From NCBI GenBank assembly GCA_038729445.1, contig JAVYSA010000005.1:1-53593 (forward strand): a DNA stretch of 53,593 nucleotides, read 5' to 3'. This DNA comes from Thermoplasmata archaeon (GTDB lineage: Archaea > Thermoplasmatota > Thermoplasmata > Lutacidiplasmatales > UBA184). Shown piece after piece: positions 8,733 to 17,579 of this stretch (its first letter is position 1; each line of letters starts with the position of its first letter). Under the pieces are notes generated by a model that saw only the letters and a list, made by a program, of their open reading frames with translations, ran no database searches and was not told the origin of the DNA. The position numbers and the translations under genes are program-made.

Positions 8733-9971
8733 ATGGTCGATGCGCTCACGATCGCCGAGATCGCCCTCTTGGGCGTCGTGGTCATCATCATCCTCCTGCT
8801 CCTTTTGAACCGCGCGATCTACACCATCCAACCCTACCAGCAGGGGATCGTCATCTACCTGGGGTCGTACAAGCGGACCCTCAACCCCGGATTCAACATC
8901 GTCAGCCCGATCTCGAGCGTGATGAAGATCGACCTGCGCACGCAGGTCCTCGAGGTGCCACGGCAGGAGGTCATCACCAAGGACAACTCCCCGACGAATG
9001 TCGACGCCATCATCTACATCAAGGTCGTCGACTCCCCGAAGGCGCTCTTCCAGGTGCAGGACTACCACGTCGCGACGGTCGCGCTCGCTCAGACGACGCT
9101 GCGCAGCGTGATCGGCGACATGGAGCTCGACGAGATCCTTTACAACCGCGAACGGATCAACACGCGCCTGCGCGACATCCTGGACGAGGCGACGGACCGC
9201 TGGGGCGTCCGCGTCGAGGCCGTCGAGATCAAGGAGGTCGACCCGGTCGGGCCGGTCAAGGCCGCGATGGAGGAGCAGACGGCGGCCGAGCGCCAGCGCC
9301 GGGCCGCGGTGCTCCGGGCGGACGGCGAGAAGCGGTCGGCGATCCTCGTGGCCGAGGGCCAGAAGCGGTCGCGCATCCTCCAGGCGGAGGGGGTCCGCCA
9401 GTCGAAGATCCTCGAGGCGGAGGGCGCCCGGGTCGCGACGATCCTTGAGGCCCAGGGAGAGGCCCAGCGGCTGAGGGTCCTCGCCCTCGGGGCAAGCCCT
9501 CTGGACGCCAAGGCCCTGACCGTCCTGTCGCTCGACACCCTGAGCGCGGTCGGGAACGGGCAGGCGACGAAGATCCTCTTCCCGTTCGAGTTCTCCCGCC
9601 TGATGGAGGGCGCCGCCGAGTACCTCGGAACCTCCCGCGGCGTGCCAGACCGGACCCTCAACGCGATGGAGGACCTCGAGAAGAAGATCGGCTCGATGGA
9701 CGACATCCTGGGCCCGATTCCCCGGCAGGAGGAGCTGATGACGGAGATCCAGTCGATCGAGCAGGAGATCAAGGCCGAGTCGGCGGAGTCGACTTCCATG
9801 GTCACGCCGTACGGGCGCCCGGGCCACGGCCCGACGCCGGACCTTCCCGACGCGGACGAGATCGCACCCCCTCCGTCGGCGACCGCCACGCCCCCGGCCG
9901 ATAGGGCGGCCACCCGCCCGAAGCCGGGCGAGGCGGCCACGGGGACGACGACCTCCGCCCCGTCCGGCTGA
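8733..9971 (+). CDS. SPFH/stomatin (band 7) protein
   Basis: N-terminal TM, QEVITKDN, QTTLRSVIG.MELDE, WGVRVEAVEIK, and an AEG-repeat coiled coil. Confidence 0.95.
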   Translation: MVDALTIAEIALLGVVVIIILLLLLNRAIYTIQPYQQGIVIYLGSYKRTLNPGFNIVSPISSVMKIDLRTQVLEVPRQEVITKDNSPTNVDAIIYIKVVDSPKALFQVQDYHVATVALAQTTLRSVIGDMELDEILYNRERINTRLRDILDEATDRWGVRVEAVEIKEVDPVGPVKAAMEEQTAAERQRRAAVLRADGEKRSAILVAEGQKRSRILQAEGVRQSKILEAEGARVATILEAQGEAQRLRVLALGASPLDAKALTVLSLDTLSAVGNGQATKILFPFEFSRLMEGAAEYLGTSRGVPDRTLNAMEDLEKKIGSMDDILGPIPRQEELMTEIQSIEQEIKAESAESTSMVTPYGRPGHGPTPDLPDADEIAPPPSATATPPADRAATRPKPGEAATGTTTSAPSG

Positions 9972-10015
9972 GGGGCCTCGCAGGCCTCCTATACCCCCGT
10001 CGGTCTTCCGCCGCG

Positions 10016-10807
10016 ATGTCCGAACCGGTGCTGACCGAGACCGATGGGGCCATCCGCACGATCACCCTCGCCCGACCCGAGCGGCGCAACGCGCTGGACG
10101 TCGAGGCGATGCGCGCCCTCCGGGAGGCCCTTCAGGGGGCGGCGCTCGATGCCCGGGTGCGCGTCGTCCACCTCACCGGAGCGGGGGGATCGTTCTGCTC
10201 CGGGGGCGACGTCGCCACGATGGAGGAGTACCGGTCGCGCGGGGAACTTCCCCGGCTCTTCCACGAGCTCACCGGAGAGATGGAGCAGGGCATCCGGGAG
10301 ATCGTCGCAATGCCGAAGCCGGTCCTCGCGTCGATTCCCGGGGTCGCCGCGGGTGGGGGGCTCTCGCTCGCCCTCGCCTGCGACTGGCGGATCGCCTCCG
10401 AGGAGGCGGTCCTGGTCCCGGCGTTCTCCCGCCTCGGGGCGGTGCCCGACGGGGGGCTGACCTACTTCCTTCCCCACTTCCTCGGCATCGGCCTCGCGCA
10501 GGGGCTCTTGTTCCGCGACGCCCGGATCCCCGCGGATCAGGCCCGCGAGCTCGGCCTGGTCCACGAGGTCGTCCCCGGAGCACGCCTTTCGGGCCGGGCC
10601 GCCGAGCGGGCCCGGGAGCTGGCCGCCGGCCCGATCCGGGCCTGGGGGCGGCTCAAGAGGCTCCTGCCCGCGGCCTTCCACGAGAGCCTGGAGGCCCAGC
10701 TCGCCCATGAGAGGGAGGCGGCGGTCGAGGCAGCGAGGGGCCCCGAGCTCACGGAGGGGATCCGGGCGTTCATGGAGAAGCGACCGCCCCGCTTCGGGCC
10801 GGGGTAG
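10016..10807 (+). CDS. Enoyl-CoA hydratase/isomerase (PaaG-like crotonase)
   Basis: RPERRNAL, FCSGGDV, GVAAGGGLSLALACD, F.RLGAVPDGG, EGIRAFMEKRPPRF. Confidence 0.92.
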   Translation: MSEPVLTETDGAIRTITLARPERRNALDVEAMRALREALQGAALDARVRVVHLTGAGGSFCSGGDVATMEEYRSRGELPRLFHELTGEMEQGIREIVAMPKPVLASIPGVAAGGGLSLALACDWRIASEEAVLVPAFSRLGAVPDGGLTYFLPHFLGIGLAQGLLFRDARIPADQARELGLVHEVVPGARLSGRAAERARELAAGPIRAWGRLKRLLPAAFHESLEAQLAHEREAAVEAARGPELTEGIRAFMEKRPPRFGPG

Positions 10808-12125
10808 CCCGGGCCGTGGGGTCGAGGCGGCCACGGAGGGCGGGCCACTCCGTGGCCAGGATGCTGTAGACCCGGCTCGTCCGCCATCCCGGCGCGCCGC
10901 GCCAGACGTGTTCCCGGATCTCCCCCTCAAACGTCGCGCCCAACCCCTCGATCGCGGCCCGGGAGCGCAGGTTGCCCCGGTCGGTGCGGAACTCGACGCG
11001 GCGAAACCCCTCGTCCTCGAAGGCGTGGCGGAGCGCGAGCCACTTCGTCTCGCGGTTGACGCCGGTGCGCCAGACCGCGGGGTCAAGCCACGTGCCGAAC
11101 TCCACGGCGCCGTCCCGCCGGTCGATGTGCAAATATCGGAAGACCCCGACCGCACGGTCGAGCCGGCGGGAGTGCACGACGAACGGGAGCAGGGAGCCCT
11201 GCGCCCACTCGGAGAGCATCGCCTCCACGAGCGTGCGCATCGCTTCCTCCGAGGTCGGCGGCGCGAAGCGGAGCCAGCGCCAGACCTCCGGGTCCCTCAG
11301 GGCCCGCCATAGGTCCGCCGACCAGCGGGCCTCCATCGGAACGAGCTCGACCGAGGGCCCTTGGAGGACGACCGGCCCACGGAACGAGCTGGCCCACCGC
11401 GGCGGTGGCTCGCCCGGGTCGGGCTCCGGCGGAACGACCGGGGCGGCGCGGGGAGGCGCCGGCGGGACGGTCGATCCCGGCAGCTCCCGCCACAGGCGCT
11501 CCCGGTGGACCGGCCACTCGGCCCGGAGGATCCCGTAGAGGAGCTCCGTCTCCCATCCTCCACCCTCCGATCTCCGCCGGTCCCGCAGCGATGCCTCGGG
11601 CACGGACCCGATCGCCTCGACCGACGCCCGGCCGGCTGCGTCGGTGGCGCGGACCCGCCAGCCGACGCGGTGGACCCCCACCCGCTCGAAGGCATGGGAG
11701 AGAAGGGCCCATCCGGCGTCTCGCTCGAGGCCGAGGCCGGTCCATGCGGGCGCGATCCGGACCGGTCGGGCGGTGATCGACCGGTTCCGCAGGTCGATCT
11801 CCTCCAGCACGAGGGAACCCACGAGGGGTCCGCGGAGGCCCCCTCGGACCGCGTAGGCAGTCCACGGGAGCAGGGGACCCACCGCCGGGTCTTCCGGGCG
11901 CAGGAGATCGGTCGCACGAGGGGCCTCCGAAGGGATCCCGCGCCAGGGCTCCACTGGACCGGTCCCCCCCGGGATCGCCATCTCCCGGGCATGCCCCGGG
12001 CCCCACGGTTCCAGCCGGACGAGACGGCCCCGGAGGACCTCCGACGGGTCGAACGGCCCACGGCCCTCCTCGGGTCCCGCGGGCCACGGAGGGGGGGCTT
12101 CCTCGGGCACGGGCGTGGCGCTCAC
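10770..12125 (-). CDS. Tandem RimJ/RimL-type GNAT acetyltransferase
   Basis: Two copies of the LxG..VxLxP ... HAFE..G..RV ... S..AIE..G..EG..R ... Y.IL..EWP pattern. GTG start at 12125 lies about 25 nt from an AT-rich box. Confidence 0.85.
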   Translation of the reverse strand: MSATPVPEEAPPPWPAGPEEGRGPFDPSEVLRGRLVRLEPWGPGHAREMAIPGGTGPVEPWRGIPSEAPRATDLLRPEDPAVGPLLPWTAYAVRGGLRGPLVGSLVLEEIDLRNRSITARPVRIAPAWTGLGLERDAGWALLSHAFERVGVHRVGWRVRATDAAGRASVEAIGSVPEASLRDRRRSEGGGWETELLYGILRAEWPVHRERLWRELPGSTVPPAPPRAAPVVPPEPDPGEPPPRWASSFRGPVVLQGPSVELVPMEARWSADLWRALRDPEVWRWLRFAPPTSEEAMRTLVEAMLSEWAQGSLLPFVVHSRRLDRAVGVFRYLHIDRRDGAVEFGTWLDPAVWRTGVNRETKWLALRHAFEDEGFRRVEFRTDRGNLRSRAAIEGLGATFEGEIREHVWRGAPGWRTSRVYSILATEWPALRGRLDPTARATPARSGAVASP

Positions 12126-12145
12126 GTCAGGAAACCGGGCAGGCG

Positions 12146-12153
12146 TTAAATAA
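12146..12153. promoter_or_regulatory. AT-rich TATA-like box between divergent GNAT and nuoA
   Basis: TTAAATAA in a very GC-rich background, about 25 nt from the GNAT start and about 50 nt from nuoA, which has GGAGG at 12191. Confidence 0.6.
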
Positions 12154-12202
12154 GGTCTCGCGGTCGGACGGTTGCCACTCGACAGAGGACGGAGGGATTC
12201 GG

Positions 12203-12568
12203 ATGCAGGCCGGCGTGGCGACGTTCCTCGTGTTCGCACTGATCGCGGTCGCGTTCGGCGTCGGTTCGATCGTGGCGAACCGCGCGCTCGGCGCCCGGCG
12301 CCGGCGGTCGTACCTCCAGTTGACGACCTACGAGTGCGGGGAGGAAGCCGAGGGCGAGGCGCAGATCGACTTCCCGACCCAGCACTACGCCTTCGCGATC
12401 GTCTTCGTGGCGGTCGACGTGATCGGCTTCATCCTGGCCCTCTGGGCGCTGACGTTCCGGGGCGTCAACTCCGGACTGACCCCGGTCTTGGTCGCCTTCG
12501 GATTCGCGGCCCTCGCGATCGTCGGCATCTACTACGCCCTCAGCGGCGAGCGGCGGTGGGTCGTATGA
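12203..12568 (+). CDS. nuoA: Complex I-like subunit A
   Basis: [21 protein letters not shown], three TMs. Confidence 0.92.
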   Translation: MQAGVATFLVFALIAVAFGVGSIVANRALGARRRRSYLQLTTYECGEEAEGEAQIDFPTQHYAFAIVFVAVDVIGFILALWALTFRGVNSGLTPVLVAFGFAALAIVGIYYALSGERRWVV

Positions 12569-13176
12569 GCGGTACCGAAGCGACGGTGGTGCAGCCCAAG
12601 GCGGGCGGCGGTCGGCAGGAGGCGGCCCTTCCGGTCGTCTCGGAACCGGCCGTGCCGTTCGTGGAAATCGAGACCCTGCGCTCGAAGGAGTTCATTCCGG
12701 CGGCCAAGGAGGCGCTGACGGCGATGATCGCGGAGCGCGGCCGGACCGACCTCACCGGCACGGTCTTCAACTGGGCGGGGAGGAACTCCCTGTTCCCCCT
12801 GCACTGGGGATTGGCCTGCTGCGCGATCGAGTTCGCCGCCGCCTTCGGCGCCCGCTGGGACGCCGAGCGGTTCGGCGTGGTCCCGCGGTCATCCCCACGG
12901 CAGTGCGACCTGATGATCGTCAACGGCACGGTCACGTGGAAGGTCGCGCACAAGCTGATCACCCTCTACGAGCAGATGCCCGAGCCGAAGTGGGTGATCG
13001 CGATGGGCAATTGCGCCACCGGCGGGGGACCGTTCCGGACGGCCTACTCGGTAGTTCCCGGCGTCGACAAGCTCGTCCCGGTCGACCTCTACATCGCCGG
13101 CTGCCCGCCCCGGCCCGAGGCGATGCTCGACGGGATCCTGAAGCTCGAACAGCTGATCCGGGACCGGAAGGAGTAG
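12565..13176 (+). CDS. nuoB: Complex I-like subunit B
   Basis: ATGA overlap with nuoA; [40 protein letters not shown]. Confidence 0.96.
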   Translation: MSGTEATVVQPKAGGGRQEAALPVVSEPAVPFVEIETLRSKEFIPAAKEALTAMIAERGRTDLTGTVFNWAGRNSLFPLHWGLACCAIEFAAAFGARWDAERFGVVPRSSPRQCDLMIVNGTVTWKVAHKLITLYEQMPEPKWVIAMGNCATGGGPFRTAYSVVPGVDKLVPVDLYIAGCPPRPEAMLDGILKLEQLIRDRKE

Positions 13177-13201
13177 GGCCCCCGTCCCGCGAAGAGTGGC
13201 C

Positions 13202-13675
13202 ATGGCGACCGATTTCGCTGCCGAAGCCGCCGCGAAGGCCGGCGACCGGATCCTGGGGATCGACCCGCTCCCCGGGACCTTGGGAAAGGTCCGCTTCCGG
13301 CCCGGGGAGGCCCTCGCCGTGTTCCGCGCGTTCCATGACGCGCTCGGCTTCGACCACCTCTCGATGGTTGCCGGCATCGACTGGGTCGACCACCGGGAGG
13401 TCCTCTACGCCCTGTGGAGCGACGCCCGGCGGGCTTACGTGCTGCTTTCGGCGGACCTTCCCGCCGAATCCCCCCACATCGAGTCGGCGACCGCCGTCTG
13501 GCCCTCCGCGAACTGGCATGAGCGGGAGACGTGGGAGATGGTCGACATCCACTTCGACCACCACCCCGACCTGAGGCACCTGCTCATGCCCGACGGATAC
13601 GTCTTCCACCCGCTGCTCCGCTCCTTCCACCTGCACGAGCCCGAGGCGCTGGAGGTGAAGACACGCAATGTCTGA
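13202..13675 (+). CDS. nuoC: Complex I-like subunit C
   Basis: ANWHERETWEM, HPDLRHLLMP, HPLLRSF. Alternative GTG start at 13196. Confidence 0.92.
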   Translation: MATDFAAEAAAKAGDRILGIDPLPGTLGKVRFRPGEALAVFRAFHDALGFDHLSMVAGIDWVDHREVLYALWSDARRAYVLLSADLPAESPHIESATAVWPSANWHERETWEMVDIHFDHHPDLRHLLMPDGYVFHPLLRSFHLHEPEALEVKTRNV

Positions 13676-14813
13676 GATGTGGATCAACATGGGGCCGCAG
13701 CACCCCATGACCCACGGGCTGTGGAACCTGCGCGTCCGCGTCGACGGGGAGATGGTTCTGGAGGTCGACCCCGAGATGGGCTACCTCCACCGGGGGATCG
13801 AGAAGATCAGCGAGGACCGCCACTACAATGAGATCATCACGCTGATGGACCGGACCTGCTACGTGGCGGGGATCGCCTGGGAGCACCTCTACATCCTCGC
13901 GGCCGAGCAGGCGCTCGGGATCCGCCCGCCCGAGCGCGCGGAGTGGATCCGGACGATGAGCGAGGAGTTCCAGCGGATCGGATCCCACATCATGTGGTAC
14001 GCCGCCTTCGTCCAGGACATCGGGCTGATGGCCCCGTTCCTCTACGGCATGCGCGACCGGGACCTCGTGCTCGACCTCTTCCAGAGCTACACCGGGGCCC
14101 GCATGACCTACGAGTACATGCGGGTCGGGGGGGTCCGCAACGACCTGCCGAACGGGTTCACCGACCGGGCGCGCAAGGTCTGCGACTGGCTCATGGACCG
14201 CTTCGTCGAGTACGACCGGCTCTGCCTCGACTCCACGATCTTCCACCGCCGGTGCGACGGCCTCGGCATCCTGAGCCAGCGGGACTGCATCGACTACGGG
14301 GTCACCGGGCCGGTGCTGCGGTCCGCCGGCTCCCGCAGGGACCTGCGCAAGGACCGACCCTATTCCGCCTACGATCGGGTCGAGTTTGACGTCGCGACGG
14401 CCGATGGCGCCGATGTGACGGCCCGCTACCTGGTGCGGATGGAGGAGATGCGCCAGTCGGTCCGGATCATCCGCCAGGCGCTCGACTGGCTCGACCGACA
14501 CCCGGGGCCGGTGATGGCGGCGCGCGTCCCCCGCTGGCTCGGTGCGCCCTATGCCCCCGTCGGACGCGAGGGATACCTGCTCAAGCGCCAGTACCCGAAG
14601 GGGATCGGATTCTCCGCGATCGAGGAGCCCCACGGGGAGGCGCAGGCCTACGTGGTGAACGAGGGCGGCGAGCATCCCTACCGCGTGAAGCTTCGCTCGC
14701 CGGTCTTCGTGAACATCAGCGCCGCCTCCAAGTACCTCGTCGGATACCGCGTGGCCGACATCCCGCCGATCATGGGCAGCATCGACGTCTGCGTGGGGGA
14801 GTGCGATCGCTAG
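13668..14813 (+). CDS. nuoD: Complex I-like subunit D
   Basis: NMGPQHPMTHG, GYLHRGIEK, DRTCY, RVGGV, GVTGPVLR, PYRVKLRSP, GSID..GE.DR. Confidence 0.96.
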   Translation: MSEMWINMGPQHPMTHGLWNLRVRVDGEMVLEVDPEMGYLHRGIEKISEDRHYNEIITLMDRTCYVAGIAWEHLYILAAEQALGIRPPERAEWIRTMSEEFQRIGSHIMWYAAFVQDIGLMAPFLYGMRDRDLVLDLFQSYTGARMTYEYMRVGGVRNDLPNGFTDRARKVCDWLMDRFVEYDRLCLDSTIFHRRCDGLGILSQRDCIDYGVTGPVLRSAGSRRDLRKDRPYSAYDRVEFDVATADGADVTARYLVRMEEMRQSVRIIRQALDWLDRHPGPVMAARVPRWLGAPYAPVGREGYLLKRQYPKGIGFSAIEEPHGEAQAYVVNEGGEHPYRVKLRSPVFVNISAASKYLVGYRVADIPPIMGSIDVCVGECDR

Positions 14814-14831
14814 CGCGGTCGGGAGGGCACG

Positions 14832-15959
14832 ATGACGGTCACGCTGCTGTCGGTCTCGCTCACGATCTCCCAGGTGGTCTTGGGGGCCATCGGCAGCGTC
14901 CTGCCGTCGCCGGTCGGGGGCTGGCTGATGAGCGGGGCCGTGGTCGACGGACTGGGGGCGCTGATCTTCGCGGCGATCCTCCTGCTCGCGAGCATGCTCA
15001 ACACCATCGTGCTCATCTGGTGGGAACGCAAGCTCCTCGGACGCTTCATGGACCGGCGGGGCGCGATGCACGTCGGGTACGCCGGGCTCCTGCAAAACTT
15101 CGCGGACGGCATCAAGCTCTTCCGCAAGGACACGGTCCGTCCCCGGGAGGCCGACGCGCTCGGGTTCTGGACCGGCCCCACCGCCTACCTGGTCACCAGC
15201 CTCCTGATGTTCGCGATCCTTCCGGTGTCCACCGGATGGAACTCTGGATCGCTGCCGCTGAGCCTCCTCCTGGCCCTGGCGGTGTTCTCCTTCGCCCCGC
15301 TCTTCATCTTCGTCAGCGCCTGGTCGAGCAACAACAAGTACTCCCTCATCGGGGGCATGCGCTCGGCGGCCCAGATGATCGCCTACGAGGTCCCGATCCT
15401 CCTCGCCGTCGTGGCGGTCGTGGTCGTCTCGGGATCGTTGGACCTGACGACGATCGTCCAGGAGCAGGCCAACTACTGGTACTGGGCTCCGCTCTTCCTG
15501 GCGCTGATCGTCTTTGTCGCCGGCATGCTCGCCGAGATGGAGCGGATCCCCTTCGACCTCCCCGAGGCGGAGGCAGAGCTGGTCGAGGGATGGAACACCG
15601 AGTACGGCGGGATGATGTTCGCCTTCTTCATGCTCACCGATTATCTCCGGGCGCTGCTCGGGTCATTCCTGATCGTGCTCCTCTTCCTCGGGGGATGGAC
15701 GATGCCGAGCTGGGTGCCGGGGACCCTGACGAACTTCCCGCTCGCGGGGATCGTCTGGTTCATGGTCAAGGTCTACCTCGTCTTCACCGTCTTCGTCTGG
15801 ATCCGGGCGAGCCTGCCCCGGGTCCGCACGGACCAGCTCCTGCGCGTCGGCTGGAACCGGATGATCCCGCTGGCGCTCCTCTCCGTCGTCCTGGCAGCCC
15901 TGCTCGTCACCGTGAAGTGCCTGCCCGTGCTCGGATGCGTGCCGGGCCTCGGAGGGTGA
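14832..15959 (+). CDS. nuoH: Complex I-like subunit H
   Basis: ERKLLGRFMDRRG, GLLQNFADGIKL, SNNKYSLIGGMR, RIPFDLPEAEAELVEG, LPRVRTDQL. Confidence 0.96.
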   Translation: MTVTLLSVSLTISQVVLGAIGSVLPSPVGGWLMSGAVVDGLGALIFAAILLLASMLNTIVLIWWERKLLGRFMDRRGAMHVGYAGLLQNFADGIKLFRKDTVRPREADALGFWTGPTAYLVTSLLMFAILPVSTGWNSGSLPLSLLLALAVFSFAPLFIFVSAWSSNNKYSLIGGMRSAAQMIAYEVPILLAVVAVVVVSGSLDLTTIVQEQANYWYWAPLFLALIVFVAGMLAEMERIPFDLPEAEAELVEGWNTEYGGMMFAFFMLTDYLRALLGSFLIVLLFLGGWTMPSWVPGTLTNFPLAGIVWFMVKVYLVFTVFVWIRASLPRVRTDQLLRVGWNRMIPLALLSVVLAALLVTVKCLPVLGCVPGLGG

Positions 15960-15972
15960 GGAAGGAGGGATC

Positions 15973-16755
15973 ATGGAGGCGAAGCCACCGTCCGCGGCCG
16001 CGCGGAGCAAGGAGAACTCGATCCTCTGGGTCGTCCGGCCGATGGCCACCGCGGCCCGGCAGTTCGGCCGGAGCCTCGTCCGCCCCTCGACGATCGTCTA
16101 CCCCTACGAGCGCCTTGAGGACCCGAAGTTCCGGGAGGAGGTCGCGGTGGCGGCGGGACGCCCGATCGGGGTCGGTGCTGTCTGGGACAACTACCGTGGC
16201 GTGCACGCCCTGAACATCGCGACGTGCATCAGCTGCAACCTCTGCGCGTTCAGCTGCCCGGACCTGTGCATCGACATGGTCACGGTGCCGGGCGGCGACC
16301 CGAAGCACCCGAAGAAGTGCCCGCAGATCGACTACGGCAAGTGCAGCTACTGCGGGTTCTGCTCCGACGCCTGCCCGGAGGGGTGCCTCACCATGACCAC
16401 GCGCTACGAGCTGTCGACGCCGAAGCGCGCGGAGATGGTCTACTCCCCCCAGCGGCTCTACGAGAACTTCCGGCAGAAGCTGCCGATGAGCCCGGTCCGC
16501 ATCGAGCGGCCGGAGAACGAGGACCGGATCCTGCTCGACGCCCCCCTGTGCATCGGATGCAACGCGTGCGCGCGCGACTGCCCGACGCAGTGCATCACGA
16601 TGCTCGACATCCCGAAGCCGGAGGCGAAGCCCGGCGAGAAGCTCCCCAAGCGGATCTGGAAGGAACCCGTCGTGAACGATTCGGACTGCGTGCGGTGCGG
16701 GACCTGCATCAGCGTCTGCCCGAAGGAGTGCCTGTTCTGGGGGAGCCGGACGTGA
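15973..16755 (+). CDS. nuoI: Complex I-like subunit I with an extra C-terminal 2[4Fe-4S] domain
   Basis: TIVYPYE...YRGVH; four CxxCxxCxxxCP motifs. Confidence 0.92.
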   Translation: MEAKPPSAAARSKENSILWVVRPMATAARQFGRSLVRPSTIVYPYERLEDPKFREEVAVAAGRPIGVGAVWDNYRGVHALNIATCISCNLCAFSCPDLCIDMVTVPGGDPKHPKKCPQIDYGKCSYCGFCSDACPEGCLTMTTRYELSTPKRAEMVYSPQRLYENFRQKLPMSPVRIERPENEDRILLDAPLCIGCNACARDCPTQCITMLDIPKPEAKPGEKLPKRIWKEPVVNDSDCVRCGTCISVCPKECLFWGSRT

Positions 16756-17240
16756 GCCTCGAGGAGGTCACGTTCGTCGTCCTGGCCCTCGTCGCCGTCG
16801 GGACGGCGGTGCTGGCGCTCATGGTCCGCGAGCTCGTCCACACCATCCTGTGGATCGCGGTCTTCTTCGTCGACCTGGCGGCGATCTACTTCCTCCTGCA
16901 GGCCACGTTCTTGGGCGTCCTCCAGCTCGGCGTGTACGCGGGCGCGGTCACGATCCTCCTCCTCTTCGGGATCATGGTGACGCGCAAGCGGATCTTCTCG
17001 CGGGAGGCCGCCTCCGGCCTCGGGGCGGTGCCGGTGGCGCTCGCCGTCACGACGTTCATCTTCCTCGTCCTCGCCACCGACGACCTCCCCGGCGGCCCGA
17101 CCCCCGTGCGCAGCTACGACGTCAGCCTCCTGAGCGCCACGCTCTTCGGCGACTACGGACCGTACCTCCTGCTTCTCGGCCTCGTCATGCTCGGTGCGCT
17201 GGCGGGGGCCATCTACCTCGTGCGGGAGGGGCGGGAATGA
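16752..17240 (+). CDS. nuoJ: Complex I-like subunit J
   Basis: GTGA overlap with nuoI; FLGVLQLGVYAGAVTILLLFGIM. Confidence 0.92.
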   Translation: MSLEEVTFVVLALVAVGTAVLALMVRELVHTILWIAVFFVDLAAIYFLLQATFLGVLQLGVYAGAVTILLLFGIMVTRKRIFSREAASGLGAVPVALAVTTFIFLVLATDDLPGGPTPVRSYDVSLLSATLFGDYGPYLLLLGLVMLGALAGAIYLVREGRE

Positions 17241-17566
17241 GCGGGCTCTCGCCGGTGGGCTTCCTCTCGCTGAGCACCGCGCTGCTCGGGATCGCGCTCT
17301 TCGGGGTCCTGACCCGCCGGAACTTCATCCTGCTCCTGATCGCCATCGAGATCGGGATGAACGCGGCAATCCTGAACTTCGTGTACTTCGCCGCGTTCTC
17401 CGGCGCCGGCACCCCGGTGAACACGACCCTCACGGGGCAGAGCATCGCGATCGTCCTCGTGGGCCTCGCGGCGACGGAGGTCGCGGTCGGGCTCGCCATC
17501 GTCCTCGCCCTGAACCGCCTGCGCGGATCGATCAATGTCGCCGAGGCCACCACGCTGAGGGAGTAG
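17237..17566 (+). CDS. nuoK: Complex I-like subunit K
   Basis: ATGA overlap; RRNFI.LLIAIEIGMNA, GQSIA...AATEVAVGLAI. Confidence 0.94.
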   Translation: MSGLSPVGFLSLSTALLGIALFGVLTRRNFILLLIAIEIGMNAAILNFVYFAAFSGAGTPVNTTLTGQSIAIVLVGLAATEVAVGLAIVLALNRLRGSINVAEATTLRE

Positions 17567-17579
17567 GAGGCGGGACCGG

